A DNA stretch of 64,000 nt, from positions 5,879 to 69,878 of the forward strand of contig CAYTEC010000003.1 of NCBI GenBank assembly GCA_964436745.1, given 5' to 3'. This DNA comes from an uncultured Dehalococcoidia bacterium (lineage in GTDB: Bacteria > Chloroflexota > Dehalococcoidia > Lucifugimonadales > UBA1127). A model generated the notes under the pieces. The model saw only the letters and a program-made list of their open reading frames with translations. It was not told where the DNA came from and made no database searches. The position numbers and the translations under genes were made by a program. Shown here one piece after another: positions 1 to 9,090 of the stretch (position 1 is the stretch's first letter; every line of letters begins with the position of its first letter).

Positions 1-315
1 TAGCTGCCCCAGGTGTTTCTCGTGGTACGGGATGCCGTGGCGCTCGACGAGACCGATGAAGTCAGCGCTGGTGTAGCGGTTGAGCGCCGAAATCGCGAAG
101 CGCGGGTTCTCGCCGATGTACGCCTCCGGGACCGCCAGCAGATTGGTGAAGTTGCAGCGTCCGCCGCCGGAGATGAGGATCTTCTTCCCCACCTTCTCAG
201 CGTGCTCCAAGACCAGGACGCGTCTGCCGCGCTTCCCGGCTTCGATGGCGCACATCAGCCCGGCTGCCCCGCCACCGACGATGATTACGTCGTAGTCGCC
301 CACCATGCCGAACAT
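1..315 (-). CDS. NAD(P)/FAD-dependent oxidoreductase, HI0933/BaiN-like flavoprotein (N-terminal 105 codons; gene runs off the window start)
   Basis: Reverse translation from ATG at 313-315 gives MFGMVGDYDVIIVGGGAAGLMCAIEAGKRGRRVLVLEHAEKVGKKILISGGGRCNFTNLL. It has the GxGxxG dinucleotide-binding motif and the ISGGGRCNFTN motif typical of this family. The frame is open to position 1. Confidence 0.75.
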   Translation of the reverse strand, partial: MFGMVGDYDVIIVGGGAAGLMCAIEAGKRGRRVLVLEHAEKVGKKILISGGGRCNFTNLLAVPEAYIGENPRFAISALNRYTSADFIGLVERHGIPYHEKHLGQL

Positions 316-512
316 GCTACAGCACGTGCCAACCAGGGTGAAGGGGAGCGCTCTCCAGCCGAACGGGGCGGGTGCACCGGGGCGTCGTGGAGGGCGGATC
401 GTGGGGAATCTCGGACGGAGCGCGGTGGCGGCGAGAGCGTGGCACGCCCGTAGGTTGGCGCAGACCCCGGCCACGGTTTGATCGGTGCAAGGTAAGAGCA
501 AACAGCGAAAGC

Positions 513-587
513 TGGTCGGGGCGGGCGGAATCGAACCGCCGACCCCTTGGTCCCAAACCAAGTGCCCTACCGCTGGGCCACGCCCCG
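513..587 (-). tRNA. tRNA-Pro (anticodon UGG), CCA encoded
   Basis: The reverse complement folds as a cloverleaf: acceptor CGGGGCG/CGCCCCG, anticodon stem CTTGG/CCAAG with loop TTTGGGA (anticodon TGG), T arm GGCGG-TTCGAAT-CCGCC, discriminator A, then CCA. Total 75 nt. Confidence 0.9.
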
Positions 588-615
588 ACGTTGCCTCGCC
601 GCGAGGAATGGAGAG

Positions 616-687
616 TGCCCCTGGGGTGACTCGAACACCCGCTTCCGGCTCCGGAGGCCGGCGCTCTATCCGCTGAGCTACAGGGGC
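616..687 (-). tRNA. tRNA-Arg (anticodon CCG), no encoded CCA
   Basis: Reverse complement is GCCCCTG TA GCTC AGCGGATA GAGC G CCGGC CTCCGGA GCCGG AAGC GGGTG TTCGAGT CACCC CAGGGGC A. The anticodon loop CTCCGGA gives CCG. Total 72 nt. Confidence 0.9.
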
Positions 688-701
688 GTGCCGTCGTTCC
701 C

Positions 702-730
702 ATGATAGCAGCCCCCCTCTCGGGGGACAA
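702..730 (-). promoter_or_regulatory. putative sigma70-type promoter for the tRNA-Arg/tRNA-Pro pair
   Basis: The minus strand reads TTGTCC (730-725), a 17-nt spacer, then TATCAT (707-702). The predicted start lies about 8 nt upstream of the tRNA-Arg 5' end. Confidence 0.4.
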
Positions 731-833
731 GGCGAGGGGCGCGTGCGGCATCCCCTTCCGACCCCTCGTCACTTCCCTTCCTTGTCCCTCCACGGCTGCC
801 TATGCTACGCTCTGGCGCGGAGGTTGAGCGCCG

Positions 834-1961
834 GTGAGCCGTGGTCGCGTGATCGTCGCCATGAGCGGCGGGGTGGACTCCTCGATGGCCTCCCTGCTGC
901 TGGCGGAGCAGGGCTACGAGGTCATCGGGGTTACCCTGCGCCTCTGGACCCTGGACCGCCCGGAGGCCGCCCCTCACCACCGCGGGTGCTGCTCCGTGGA
1001 GGACATCGACGACGCCCGACGTGTCTGCCAGGTCCTCGGCGTCCCGCACTACGTGGTGAATGCCGAGGAAGCGTTCAAAGAGCGGGTAGTTGACTATTTC
1101 GTGCGCGAGTACGCACGAGGCCGGACCCCCCACCCGTGCGTCGCCTGCAACGACCTCATCAAGTTCGACTTCCTCATGCGCCGTGCCCTGGCCCTGGACG
1201 CAGACGCCATCGCCACCGGCCACTACGCCCGCCTGGTCTCGGACGAGGACGGCCCCGTGCGGCTCCTGAAGGCCGTGGACCCCTCCAAGGACCAGTCGTA
1301 CGTCCTCTTCGGGCTGGGGCAGGAGCAGCTGAAGCGGCTGCTGCTCCCCGTCGGCTGGCACGCGAAGGCCGATCTGCGAGAGCGCGGCCGCGCCGCCGGC
1401 CTGCCGGTGGCCGACAAGCCCGACAGCCAGGACATATGCTTCGTGCCGGAGGGCGACTACCGCGAGTTTCTGGCCGAACGCGCCGATCCCGCGCCGGGGG
1501 AGATCGTAGACCTAGACGGCCGGGTCTTGGGGCGGCACCAGGGCGTGGGGCGCTACACGGTGGGGCAGCGTCGGGGTCTTGGCGTGGCCACGCCGGGACC
1601 GACGTACGTAGTCGAGCTGGACCCAGAGGCAGCCCAGGTCACCGTCGGCCCGAAGGAGGCGCTGTTCGCCTCCGCGATGCGGGTGGGGGCGACAACCTGG
1701 GTGGCAGGAGCGCCGCCCGCGGGGCCGGTGGAGGCGACGGTGAAGGTACGCTACAAGGCGTCCGCGGCCGATGCCACCGTGACGCCCCAGGGCACGGGAG
1801 CGCTGGTGCGCTTCCACTCGCCCCAGCGAGCGCTCACCCCAGGCCAGGCAGCGGTGTTCTACCAGGGCGACGAGGTGCTGGGCGGCGGATACATCGAGCG
1901 GGCCATCCGCGACGAAACCACCCAGCCGCCGATGGAACGGGCGGGGACGGCCCAGGCATAG
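834..1961 (+). CDS. mnmA: tRNA 2-thiouridine(34) synthase MnmA
   Basis: GTG start. The N-terminus VIVAMSGGVDSSMASLLL is the PP-loop SGGxDS motif. Also present are PHPCVACNDLIKF and the C-terminal TPGQAAVFYQGDEVLGGGYI. 375 aa. Confidence 0.95.
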   Translation: MSRGRVIVAMSGGVDSSMASLLLAEQGYEVIGVTLRLWTLDRPEAAPHHRGCCSVEDIDDARRVCQVLGVPHYVVNAEEAFKERVVDYFVREYARGRTPHPCVACNDLIKFDFLMRRALALDADAIATGHYARLVSDEDGPVRLLKAVDPSKDQSYVLFGLGQEQLKRLLLPVGWHAKADLRERGRAAGLPVADKPDSQDICFVPEGDYREFLAERADPAPGEIVDLDGRVLGRHQGVGRYTVGQRRGLGVATPGPTYVVELDPEAAQVTVGPKEALFASAMRVGATTWVAGAPPAGPVEATVKVRYKASAADATVTPQGTGALVRFHSPQRALTPGQAAVFYQGDEVLGGGYIERAIRDETTQPPMERAGTAQA

Positions 1962-2000
1962 CGACGCAACCCCAGCGCACCAAATGACACGGAGGATCGC

Positions 2001-2537
2001 ATGGAGACCGCGGAGTTCATCATCCAGGCCATAGAGCGGGTGCGAACCGGCACCCTCAGCACCGTGAAGGACATGGCGCCGGAGGAGATGGCGTGGCATC
2101 TGGGACCGGAGGCCAACTCCGCCGGTTTCCTCCTGTTCCACATCTTCCGCACAGCCGACACCATCTTCGCGAGGCTCACCGAAGGCGAGCCCCAATTCTG
2201 GGACGTTGGCAACTGGGCCCGGCGATGGACCCTGCCCACTCCACCCGCCGACGCCCATGCCGCCTGGAGCACGGGGAACGGCTGGACGCCCGATGACCTG
2301 GCCGCGTTCGAGTCGCCGGACCTCGAAGACCTCCTTGGGTACGGAGCGGCGGTTCACGCGCGCGGCCTATCGATACTGGGGACCATGGATTCGGCCCAAC
2401 TGGATGCGGCGGTCAGCCCTTCCCGCCCCGAGGCGACGGTCGCCGCCGGCCTCCTGACCGTCATCACCCACGAGGCGCAACACGGCGGGCAGATCGACTA
2501 CCTTCTTGGGCTCAAGCGCTCGAACGTCCAGGGCTGA
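2001..2537 (+). CDS. DinB family (DinB/YfiT-like) metal-dependent protein
   Basis: 178 aa with a four-helix-bundle-like pattern. Histidines sit in LLFHIFRTAD and ITHEAQHGGQIDYL, typical of DinB-like proteins. A GGAGG-like SD precedes the ATG. Confidence 0.75.
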   Translation: METAEFIIQAIERVRTGTLSTVKDMAPEEMAWHLGPEANSAGFLLFHIFRTADTIFARLTEGEPQFWDVGNWARRWTLPTPPADAHAAWSTGNGWTPDDLAAFESPDLEDLLGYGAAVHARGLSILGTMDSAQLDAAVSPSRPEATVAAGLLTVITHEAQHGGQIDYLLGLKRSNVQG

Positions 2538-2644
2538 CGCGCGCTGGGCGTGGCGCTGTCCCCTCAGAGCGTGAGCATCGAGCCTCGCCGCGCCCTACCC
2601 CACGCGGTCGGCCCGCGCGACGACGGAACGAAGGAGGCCCCTGG

Positions 2645-3280
2645 ATGTTCCGCGGAGTCCCCACGTGGGAGGCGGAGCGCCGCCTGTGGGCCCAGGGTTG
2701 CCGGCTGGTGGCCGGGGTGGACGAGGTGGGCCGGGGACCGCTGGCTGGCCCGGTGGTCGCCGCGGCGGTGGTCCTTGCCGCGCCGGCCCGCGGCTGGGCG
2801 CGCTCCAGGGTGCGCGACAGTAAGCAGGTGAGCGCCGCGAATCGCGAGCGGCTCGCCCCGCGGATCCGACGGGCCGCCATCGCCACTGCCGTGGGTGTGG
2901 CCGAAGCCGAGGAGATCGACGCGGCGGGAATCGTCGAGGCCACCCGGCTCGCGATGGCTCGCGCCGTCCGCCGCCTCGATTGCGGCGTCGACCATCTGCT
3001 CGTGGACGCGCTGACCCTCTCCATCGACGGCATCCCCTGCACCCCCGTGGTCCACGGCGACGTGCTCTGCTATACGATCGCGGCGGCCTCCATCGTCGCG
3101 AAGGTGGCACGGGACCGCATGATGGTGGAGATGGACGCGCGGCATCCGGGGTACGGCTTCGCGCGCCACAAGGGCTACCCCACCCCTCAGCACTTGGCCG
3201 CCCTGGACCTGATGGGTCCTTCGCCGGAGCACCGGAGAACGTTCGCGCCCGTACGCCGCGCCCTGGATCGCCTCGCATGA
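2645..3280 (+). CDS. rnhB: ribonuclease HII
   Basis: GVDEVGRGPLAGPVVAAAVVL is the DEVGRG catalytic motif. DSKQVS and SIVAKVARDRMM are also present. 211 aa. Confidence 0.95.
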   Translation: MFRGVPTWEAERRLWAQGCRLVAGVDEVGRGPLAGPVVAAAVVLAAPARGWARSRVRDSKQVSAANRERLAPRIRRAAIATAVGVAEAEEIDAAGIVEATRLAMARAVRRLDCGVDHLLVDALTLSIDGIPCTPVVHGDVLCYTIAAASIVAKVARDRMMVEMDARHPGYGFARHKGYPTPQHLAALDLMGPSPEHRRTFAPVRRALDRLA

Positions 3281-3666
3281 CCGACAGCCGGCAGGAGACG
3301 GGCCGCCGCGGAGAGGCCTACGCGCGCCGGATGATGGAGGAGCGCGGCTACCGGATTCTCGCGACCAACTACCGCTCGCCCCACGGGGAGATCGACATCG
3401 TCGCCGCCGATGGCCGGGGAATCGTTTTCGTGGAGGTGCGCGCGCGCCGGAGCCGGGCGTACGGACCGCCGGAGGAGTCGCTGACGCCGGCCAAACGACG
3501 CCATCTCGTCGCCACCGCCGAGCACTACGTGGGCGCGCACGGGGTGACGGGGCCGTGGCGAATCGACCTGATCGCCGTGGAGATGGACGGGCGGGGAGTG
3601 GTGCGCCGGGCATCGGTGGTCGAGAACGCCGTCACGGGCGACGACCTCGAAGACCGGTCGCCGTAG
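3277..3666 (+). CDS. YraN family (UPF0102) endonuclease-like protein
   Basis: The ATG at 3277 overlaps the rnhB stop (ATGA). The sequence GEAYARRMMEERGYRILATNYRSPHGEIDIVAADGRGIVFVEVRARR matches the YraN pattern. It is the internal start of track ORF 2980..3666. Confidence 0.85.
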   Translation: MTDSRQETGRRGEAYARRMMEERGYRILATNYRSPHGEIDIVAADGRGIVFVEVRARRSRAYGPPEESLTPAKRRHLVATAEHYVGAHGVTGPWRIDLIAVEMDGRGVVRRASVVENAVTGDDLEDRSP

Positions 3667-3720
3667 GAGGCGGCGCGGGGTGTGGTACAATGGCACCCCA
3701 ATCGGACAGGGAGCGATGGA

Positions 3721-4077
3721 ATGCCCATCTACGAATATTCCTGCAAGGACTGCGAGCGGAAGGTTTCGGTCCTCTTTCGGACCTACGCGGACGTTGACAC
3801 CAAGACGCCGGAGTGCAGCCACTGCGGCAGCGTCTCGCTGAAGCGGCTGGTTTCCAGGTTCTCCGTGCAGAGCGGCTGGGGCAGCAGCATGGGCGTGCCA
3901 GACCTGGGGATGATGGACGGCGTCAACGAGGACGACCCCCACGCCATGCAGGAGTGGATGGTCCGTGTGAAGGAGCAGATGGGCGACCCGAGCCCGCACC
4001 TGACCGAGTCCGACATGCTCGACGCGGGGATCCCTCCCCACCAGGCGCCCACCCACACCATGGACGACGTTCTGTAG
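3721..4077 (+). CDS. FmdB family zinc-ribbon protein
   Basis: MPIYEYSCKDCERKVSVLFRTYADVDTKTPECSHCGS carries CxxC...CxxC at the typical MPIYEY N-terminus. I chose the internal ATG at 3721 within ORF 3682..4077. Confidence 0.8.
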   Translation: MPIYEYSCKDCERKVSVLFRTYADVDTKTPECSHCGSVSLKRLVSRFSVQSGWGSSMGVPDLGMMDGVNEDDPHAMQEWMVRVKEQMGDPSPHLTESDMLDAGIPPHQAPTHTMDDVL

Positions 4078-4163
4078 GCGGTCGCCACGTATCGGACGTC
4101 GCGTCGCCAGAGGCGCCCGGGGCCTGGGACCGGGCCTCAACCAAGCCACCCCACGAGCACCCC

Positions 4164-5132
4164 ATGACCGCATACATCGCCGCGTTGCGAGAAGCGCTTC
4201 AACAGGGGCTTGCGCTGCTGGAAAGCGCCGTCGCGCAGCCCGCGGGCCTCGCCAACGACCTCCGCGCTATGCGCCAGGCCCTCACGGACGACGCGGCCGC
4301 CATACCCCAGCCGACGCCCCACCACGACCGCCCTTCGCCCGGCCAGGCACTCGATGCCGCGGCCCTGGTCCAGCGGTGCGTCGCGAGCCTGCGCAACGAC
4401 GGCGCGCTGGACGATGGGTGGGTCACACGAGCCCAGCTCGTCCTGGACCGGGTGGTGGCGATGCTCGGTGTCGAGCACCGAGCGCCGGTGGCGGGCAAGC
4501 TCCGGGGCCTCTACGTAATCGTCGATCCGGAGGTCGCGCGAGGGGACGCCCTGGCGGCGGCCAGCGCGGCGCTGAACGGAGGCGCGAGCGCAATCCAATG
4601 GCGCGACAAGACCCGCGACAAGGGCGACCAGCTCCCCGACTGTCTGCGCTTGATGGAGATCTGCGCCCGCCACGACGCCCTCCTGATCGTCAACGACCAC
4701 GCAGACCTGGCGGCCGCGTGCGGCGCCCACGGCGTTCACGTGGGCCAGCACGACCTCACGATCGGCGACGCCCGCCGCTCTCTGGCGCCTGGCCAAGTCG
4801 TGGGCCGCTCGAACGCCACCCTGGCGGAGGCGGAAGCGTCGCAGGAGGCGGGGGCGGACTACCTCGCCGTGGGGGCGATCTACCCATCGCCGAGCAAGGC
4901 AAACACGCGCCCAGCCGGGCTCGAGACCCTACGAAGCGTCTCACGGATCGCCCGAGTGCCCGTGGTCGCCATCAGCGGCATCAACGAGAGCAACGTCCAC
5001 GAAGTCGTCGCCGCCGGAGCCGACGCGGTGGCTGTCATCAGCGCGGTCGTCGCCGCGGAGGACCCGACGAGCGCCGCGCGGCGCCTCGTCGAGCGAATCG
5101 AAGAAGCCCGCGCACGGCGACGCCCCTCATGA
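4164..5132 (+). CDS. thiE: thiamine-phosphate synthase ThiE with an uncharacterised ~110-aa N-terminal extension
   Basis: The C-terminal 210 aa (LYVIVDPEV...IQWRDK...LIVNDHADLAAACGAHGVHVGQHDL...ADYLAVGAIYPSPSK...VVAISGI) are ThiE. The preceding 110 codons from ATG 4164 keep a high-GC3 coding look. Confidence 0.85.
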   Translation: MTAYIAALREALQQGLALLESAVAQPAGLANDLRAMRQALTDDAAAIPQPTPHHDRPSPGQALDAAALVQRCVASLRNDGALDDGWVTRAQLVLDRVVAMLGVEHRAPVAGKLRGLYVIVDPEVARGDALAAASAALNGGASAIQWRDKTRDKGDQLPDCLRLMEICARHDALLIVNDHADLAAACGAHGVHVGQHDLTIGDARRSLAPGQVVGRSNATLAEAEASQEAGADYLAVGAIYPSPSKANTRPAGLETLRSVSRIARVPVVAISGINESNVHEVVAAGADAVAVISAVVAAEDPTSAARRLVERIEEARARRRPS

Positions 5133-5779
5133 ACCCCCACTCGGAGCGCCTCATCGCCCTGGCGGCCGAAGCCCGTGCCGCTCTCTCCGCCACTTTCGAC
5201 GCCCGTGAAAAGGGGCTGCGCCTCTCACGGACAACCATACAGCATTCGGCCAACGCCATCCGTGCCGTACACAGGGGGGAGATGGACGGGGCTCGCGCCC
5301 TGCTGACGAATGCCGCCGCCGCGCTTGCCGAGGCGGACGAAGCCCTTTCGGGCCACCCGGAGGTCTACTACGCCGGGTTCCTTGAGGACGCCCAGAAGGA
5401 GTACGTGGAGGCAAGCGCGACGCTCGCCTTCGTGGCGGAGCTCCCCGTGCCGAGCGCGCCGGAGCTTCGCGTAACGTACCCCGCTTACCTGAATGGCTTG
5501 GCGGAGGCCATCGGCGAGATGCGGCGGTACGTCTTAGACGCCCTGCGCCGTGACGACGTGTCGCGGTGCGAATCGCTCCTTGAGACCATGGACGAAGTGT
5601 ACACGCTGCTGGTGACGATGGACTTCCCCGACGCCGTCACCCGGGGTCTCCGGCGCAACACGGACGGGATGCGCGGCGTGCTGGAGCGGACCCGCGGCGA
5701 CCTGACGACGGCGCTGCGGCAGCGGAGGCTTGAGGAGCGGCTGGCGGAGGCGGAGAAGCGGTCGCGCGGGGAGGGATGA
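5129..5779 (+). CDS. translin family protein
   Basis: The ATG overlaps the thiE stop (ATGA). An all-helical 216-aa protein with FLEDAQKEYVEASA, YLNGLAEAIGEMRRYVLDALR and DAVTRGLRRNTDGMRGVLERTRGDL, the translin/TRAX-like pattern. It is the internal start of ORF 4376..5779. Confidence 0.7.
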   Translation: MNPHSERLIALAAEARAALSATFDAREKGLRLSRTTIQHSANAIRAVHRGEMDGARALLTNAAAALAEADEALSGHPEVYYAGFLEDAQKEYVEASATLAFVAELPVPSAPELRVTYPAYLNGLAEAIGEMRRYVLDALRRDDVSRCESLLETMDEVYTLLVTMDFPDAVTRGLRRNTDGMRGVLERTRGDLTTALRQRRLEERLAEAEKRSRGEG

Positions 5780-5841
5780 CCCGGGCGGGGCCGCGGACCG
5801 AGGGGTGAGGCCGCCGCCGCAACGACCTTCCCCGCAGCTGC

Positions 5842-6669
5842 CTACCTGACGACGTCCTTCCGTTGGAACACAACCACCGCAATCGCCAGGCTAGCCGCTG
5901 TCACCCCCAAGTACACACCGATCCCCACCCAGTTCGCGTCCCCCACCACCAGGAGCCTGAGCGAGTCGAAGTAGTAGAAGAGCGAAAGGTTCTTGAACCA
6001 TCCGACCGACTGCACCGATAGGCCGACGAAGTTCGCGAAGTACCCGAGCGCCGTCACCAGGCCCGCCACCGCCAGGGAGCGGCGGGGGTCCATGAAAAGG
6101 CACGACGCCAGCGTGGAGTAGCCGGCGATGGCCAGGGCCAGCAGCACAGCCACCAGGTGCACGGCCGCGGCATACCGCAGGTCGATGTCGCCCTCGATCA
6201 CCGAAGACCCCACGGCGACCACCACGTACGATACCACCGCGACTCCCAGGATCAGGGTTGCGAACCCCACGAACTTTGAGAGCAGGAACGCCGTGCGCGT
6301 CAGGGGCTGCGAGAGCAGCAGGTCCAGCGTGCCCCGCTCCACCTCCTGAGAGACCAGCCCGCCGCAGTAGACCACCGCGTAGATGCCCAGGAGGAGGGGA
6401 AGCCAGGAAATGTACTCGGTGTTCAAGAAGCCCGCGAGCGTGAATCCGCCGTCCTGAAGGACCAGGGCCATGTCCTCCTCGCTCGCCAACCCAATGGCCG
6501 CCCGGATTTCCTCTGGGATCGCCTCCAGGTATTCCCCGAAAGGGAACGCCGAGCTGATGCTCGGGAAGATCCACAATACCAGCAGCGCCCAGAGGGCCAC
6601 GGAGATCCCCCATGTCACGGCGCCCACGCGCGCCAGTCGCAGGACGGTGGCGTAGAGGGAGAGGCTCAC
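5842..6669 (-). CDS. ABC-2 type transporter permease
   Basis: 275 aa with about 6 hydrophobic segments. It overlaps the upstream ATPase gene by 4 nt. Confidence 0.8.
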   Translation of the reverse strand: MSLSLYATVLRLARVGAVTWGISVALWALLVLWIFPSISSAFPFGEYLEAIPEEIRAAIGLASEEDMALVLQDGGFTLAGFLNTEYISWLPLLLGIYAVVYCGGLVSQEVERGTLDLLLSQPLTRTAFLLSKFVGFATLILGVAVVSYVVVAVGSSVIEGDIDLRYAAAVHLVAVLLALAIAGYSTLASCLFMDPRRSLAVAGLVTALGYFANFVGLSVQSVGWFKNLSLFYYFDSLRLLVVGDANWVGIGVYLGVTAASLAIAVVVFQRKDVVR

Positions 6670-7565
6670 GAGGTCTCCTCTTCGCCAGCATAGAACGCGG
6701 TAAAGGTGTCCTCCAGCGTCGCCTCTGGGAAGACGACATCCTGGACTGGCAGCGTCCCCAGGTGGCGGATCAGTTCACCGACGTGGCCGGAGACCCTCAG
6801 CTCCACGTGGCGGCCCTCGATGCGCACCACTTCGACCTCGTCGAGGCGGAACTCGTCGGCAGTGGCGTCGCGCTCCAGGGTCACATCCATTCGTCGGACT
6901 CGGTGGCGATGGAGCTCGCCGACATCCAGCACCGCCGCCAGTCGACCGTCTCGGACGATCGCCACGCGGTCGCACGCGCGCTCCACTTCCGAAAGGATGT
7001 GCGACGATAGGAAGACGGTCACGCCTCGGTCCCGCTCCTCCGCCAGGATGCGGTAGAAAGTCTGCTGCACAAGGGGGTCCAAGCCCAGGGTGGGCTCGTC
7101 CATGATCAGCACGTCCGGGGCGTGGGCCATACCCTGGATGATGGCGAGCTTCTGCTTCATGCCCCGGGAGTAGGTGCGGACCGGCCGGTCCAGGTTCAAT
7201 TCGAGCGCCTCGGCCAGTTCGGCTGCTCGGCTGTTCCCCCGCGCATGGTAGCTCTGAATGAGATCCATGTGTCGGCGGCCGGTGAGGCTGCCGTAGAACG
7301 CAGGCTCCCCCGCCACCACGCCGCAGGCGCGTCGCACCCCCAGGGAATCGCGGACCATGTCCATCCCCAGCACGGAGCCGCCGCCGTGCGTGGGCTGGAT
7401 CAGGTTGAGGAGGAGCCGGATGGTGGTGGTCTTCCCCGAGCCGTTCGGTCCCAGGAAGCCGAATACCTCGCCGCGGCGGACCTCCAAGTCCAAGTCCTCG
7501 ATGCCCCGCACGGGGCCATAGAACTTGGTGAGACCGCGGGTCTCGATGCCGCTTTTCGTCTCCAC
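6666..7565 (-). CDS. ABC transporter ATP-binding protein
   Basis: Walker A GPNGSGKTT, signature YSRGMKQKL and Walker B VLIMDEPTLGLD are present. 299 aa. Confidence 0.9.
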   Translation of the reverse strand: METKSGIETRGLTKFYGPVRGIEDLDLEVRRGEVFGFLGPNGSGKTTTIRLLLNLIQPTHGGGSVLGMDMVRDSLGVRRACGVVAGEPAFYGSLTGRRHMDLIQSYHARGNSRAAELAEALELNLDRPVRTYSRGMKQKLAIIQGMAHAPDVLIMDEPTLGLDPLVQQTFYRILAEERDRGVTVFLSSHILSEVERACDRVAIVRDGRLAAVLDVGELHRHRVRRMDVTLERDATADEFRLDEVEVVRIEGRHVELRVSGHVGELIRHLGTLPVQDVVFPEATLEDTFTAFYAGEEETS

Positions 7566-7752
7566 GGATCCACTCTACATCGCGGGGTGGGAACGGACAA
7601 GGTCCGAGTCGAATCGGAGCGGCGACGCCGCGGGTCGTGGCTCTGTCGGCACGGGACTCGCGGCCTTATAATGGCACGGGCGCGCTCCGGCCCCCGCCAG
7701 ACCCCATCGCACCGGGAGGACACCCTTGGACGAAGCCTCGACAGCAGTCACC

Positions 7753-9069
7753 ATGGAGAAGATCGTCTCGCTGTGCAAGCGACGGGGCTTCGTCTATCCG
7801 GGGAGCGAGATCTACGGGGGCCTTGCGAACGCCTGGGACTACGGCCCCCTGGGCGTGGAGATGCGGCGCAACGTCCGCGACGCGTGGTGGCGCGATACGG
7901 TGCGCAAGCGCGACGACGTGGTGGGCCTGGAGGCCGCCATCATGATGAACCCCAAGGTGTGGGAGGCGAGCGGCCACCTGGCGGGGTTCTCCGACCCGCT
8001 GGTGGAATGCACCCGCTGCCACGAGCGGTTCCGCGCCGACCACGTCGAGTCGGACCGATGCCCTGAGTGCGGCGGCCAGCTCATGGAGTCTCGGCAGTTC
8101 AACCTGATGCTCAAGACCTTCCTGGGCGCGGTGGAGGACACGGCCAGCACCGTCTTCATGCGGCCGGAAACCGCGCAGGGGATGTTCGTGAATTTCCTCA
8201 ATGTCCTCAATTCCACCCGCCGCAAGCTGCCCTTCGGCATCGCCCAGATCGGCAAGTCGTTCCGCAACGAGATCACCCCCCGCAACTTCATCTTCCGGAC
8301 CCGCGAATTCGAGCAAATGGAGATGGAGTTCTTCGTGCGTCCAGGCTCCGACGAGGAGTGGCACGAGTATTGGATCCGAGAGCGATACGACTGGTACATC
8401 CGTCACGGCATCCGCGAGGAGAACCTGCGCATCAGGCCTCACGACGCCGACGAGCTCTCCCACTACTCGAAGGCGACGTCCGACATCGAGTACCTGTTCC
8501 CCTGGGGGTGGGCGGAGCTGGAGGGGATCGCCAACCGGAGCGACTTCGACCTGCGGCAGCACTCGGAACACAGTGGTACGCGGCTGGTGTTCTTCGACGA
8601 CGAGAGCAGCGAGCACATCACGCCCTTCGTCATCGAGCCCGCCAGCGGCGTGGACCGCATGTTGCTGGCGTTCCTGGTAGACGCCTACCGCGAGGAGACG
8701 GTGGGGGGCGACGACGCAGGGGCGGGAAAGGGTGAGCGCCGCACGGTGCTCCGGCTCCACCCCACCCTGGCGCCGGTGCAGGTGGGCCTGCTGCCGTTGA
8801 GCCGCAAGGACACGCTTACGCCGTTGGCACGGGAGGCGTACCGGAGCCTCCGCGCCGCTGGCCGCTTCACGGTGGAGTACGACGACGCCCAAAGCATCGG
8901 CCGCCGCTACCGGCGGTTCGACGAGATCGGGACGCCGTTCTGCGTCACGATCGACTTCCAGTCGCTGGAGGATGGCCAGGCCACGGTGCGCGACAGGGAT
9001 ACGCTCACGCAGGAGCGCGTGCCCATCGCGGAGCTGTCCGAGCGACTGCAGGCGCGTTTGGGCGTGTAG
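7753..9069 (+). CDS. glyQS: glycine--tRNA ligase (single-chain class II GlyQS type)
   Basis: MEKIVSLCKRRGFVYPGSEIYGGLANAWDYGPLGVEMRRNV and FRNEITPRNFIFRTREFEQMEMEFF are diagnostic. I prefer the ATG at 7753 over the TTG at 7726. Confidence 0.95.
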   Translation: MEKIVSLCKRRGFVYPGSEIYGGLANAWDYGPLGVEMRRNVRDAWWRDTVRKRDDVVGLEAAIMMNPKVWEASGHLAGFSDPLVECTRCHERFRADHVESDRCPECGGQLMESRQFNLMLKTFLGAVEDTASTVFMRPETAQGMFVNFLNVLNSTRRKLPFGIAQIGKSFRNEITPRNFIFRTREFEQMEMEFFVRPGSDEEWHEYWIRERYDWYIRHGIREENLRIRPHDADELSHYSKATSDIEYLFPWGWAELEGIANRSDFDLRQHSEHSGTRLVFFDDESSEHITPFVIEPASGVDRMLLAFLVDAYREETVGGDDAGAGKGERRTVLRLHPTLAPVQVGLLPLSRKDTLTPLAREAYRSLRAAGRFTVEYDDAQSIGRRYRRFDEIGTPFCVTIDFQSLEDGQATVRDRDTLTQERVPIAELSERLQARLGV

Positions 9070-9090
9070 GTCAAGGAGAGGACGTGGCAT

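Noticed and set aside
4078-4163. TPP riboswitch upstream of thiE.
   Set aside because: The 86-nt gap lacks the conserved CUGAGA and ACCUGAUCUGGAUAAUGCCAGCG-like elements and is too short.
4376-5128. Long N-terminal extensions of track ORFs: 4376-5128 ahead of translin, 12412-13032 ahead of tlpA, 35070-35885 ahead of acpS, 30642-31064 ahead of the SRPBCC gene, and 33957-34145 ahead of larB.
   Set aside because: The extensions overlap other well-supported genes or promoters and have non-protein-like composition. Family similarity begins only at the internal starts, which also have SDs, promoter geometry or stop-start overlaps.
7566-7752. T-box leaders upstream of glyQS (also valS, 41380-41460). 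A tRNA-like T-arm look-alike (TCCGA-GTCGAA-TCGGA) lies at about 7598-7613.
   Set aside because: There is no T-box consensus, specifier-loop architecture or terminator/antiterminator pair. The T-arm look-alike has a 6-nt loop and no surrounding cloverleaf.
7666-9090. 474-aa ORF antisense to glyQS. Similar long shadow ORFs lie opposite icd (19776-21317), the 12S gene (23139-24635), uvrC (26735-28291), coaBC (38635-39648), secA (47013-48668), purA (50483-51994), rnj (52589-54358), ftsK (55738-56835) and accDA (56721-58460).
   Set aside because: Their products are Arg/Pro/Gly/Ala-rich low-complexity sequences with no motifs. Each lies exactly opposite a gene with unmistakable family motifs. This is typical of stop-codon-poor antisense frames in high-GC DNA.
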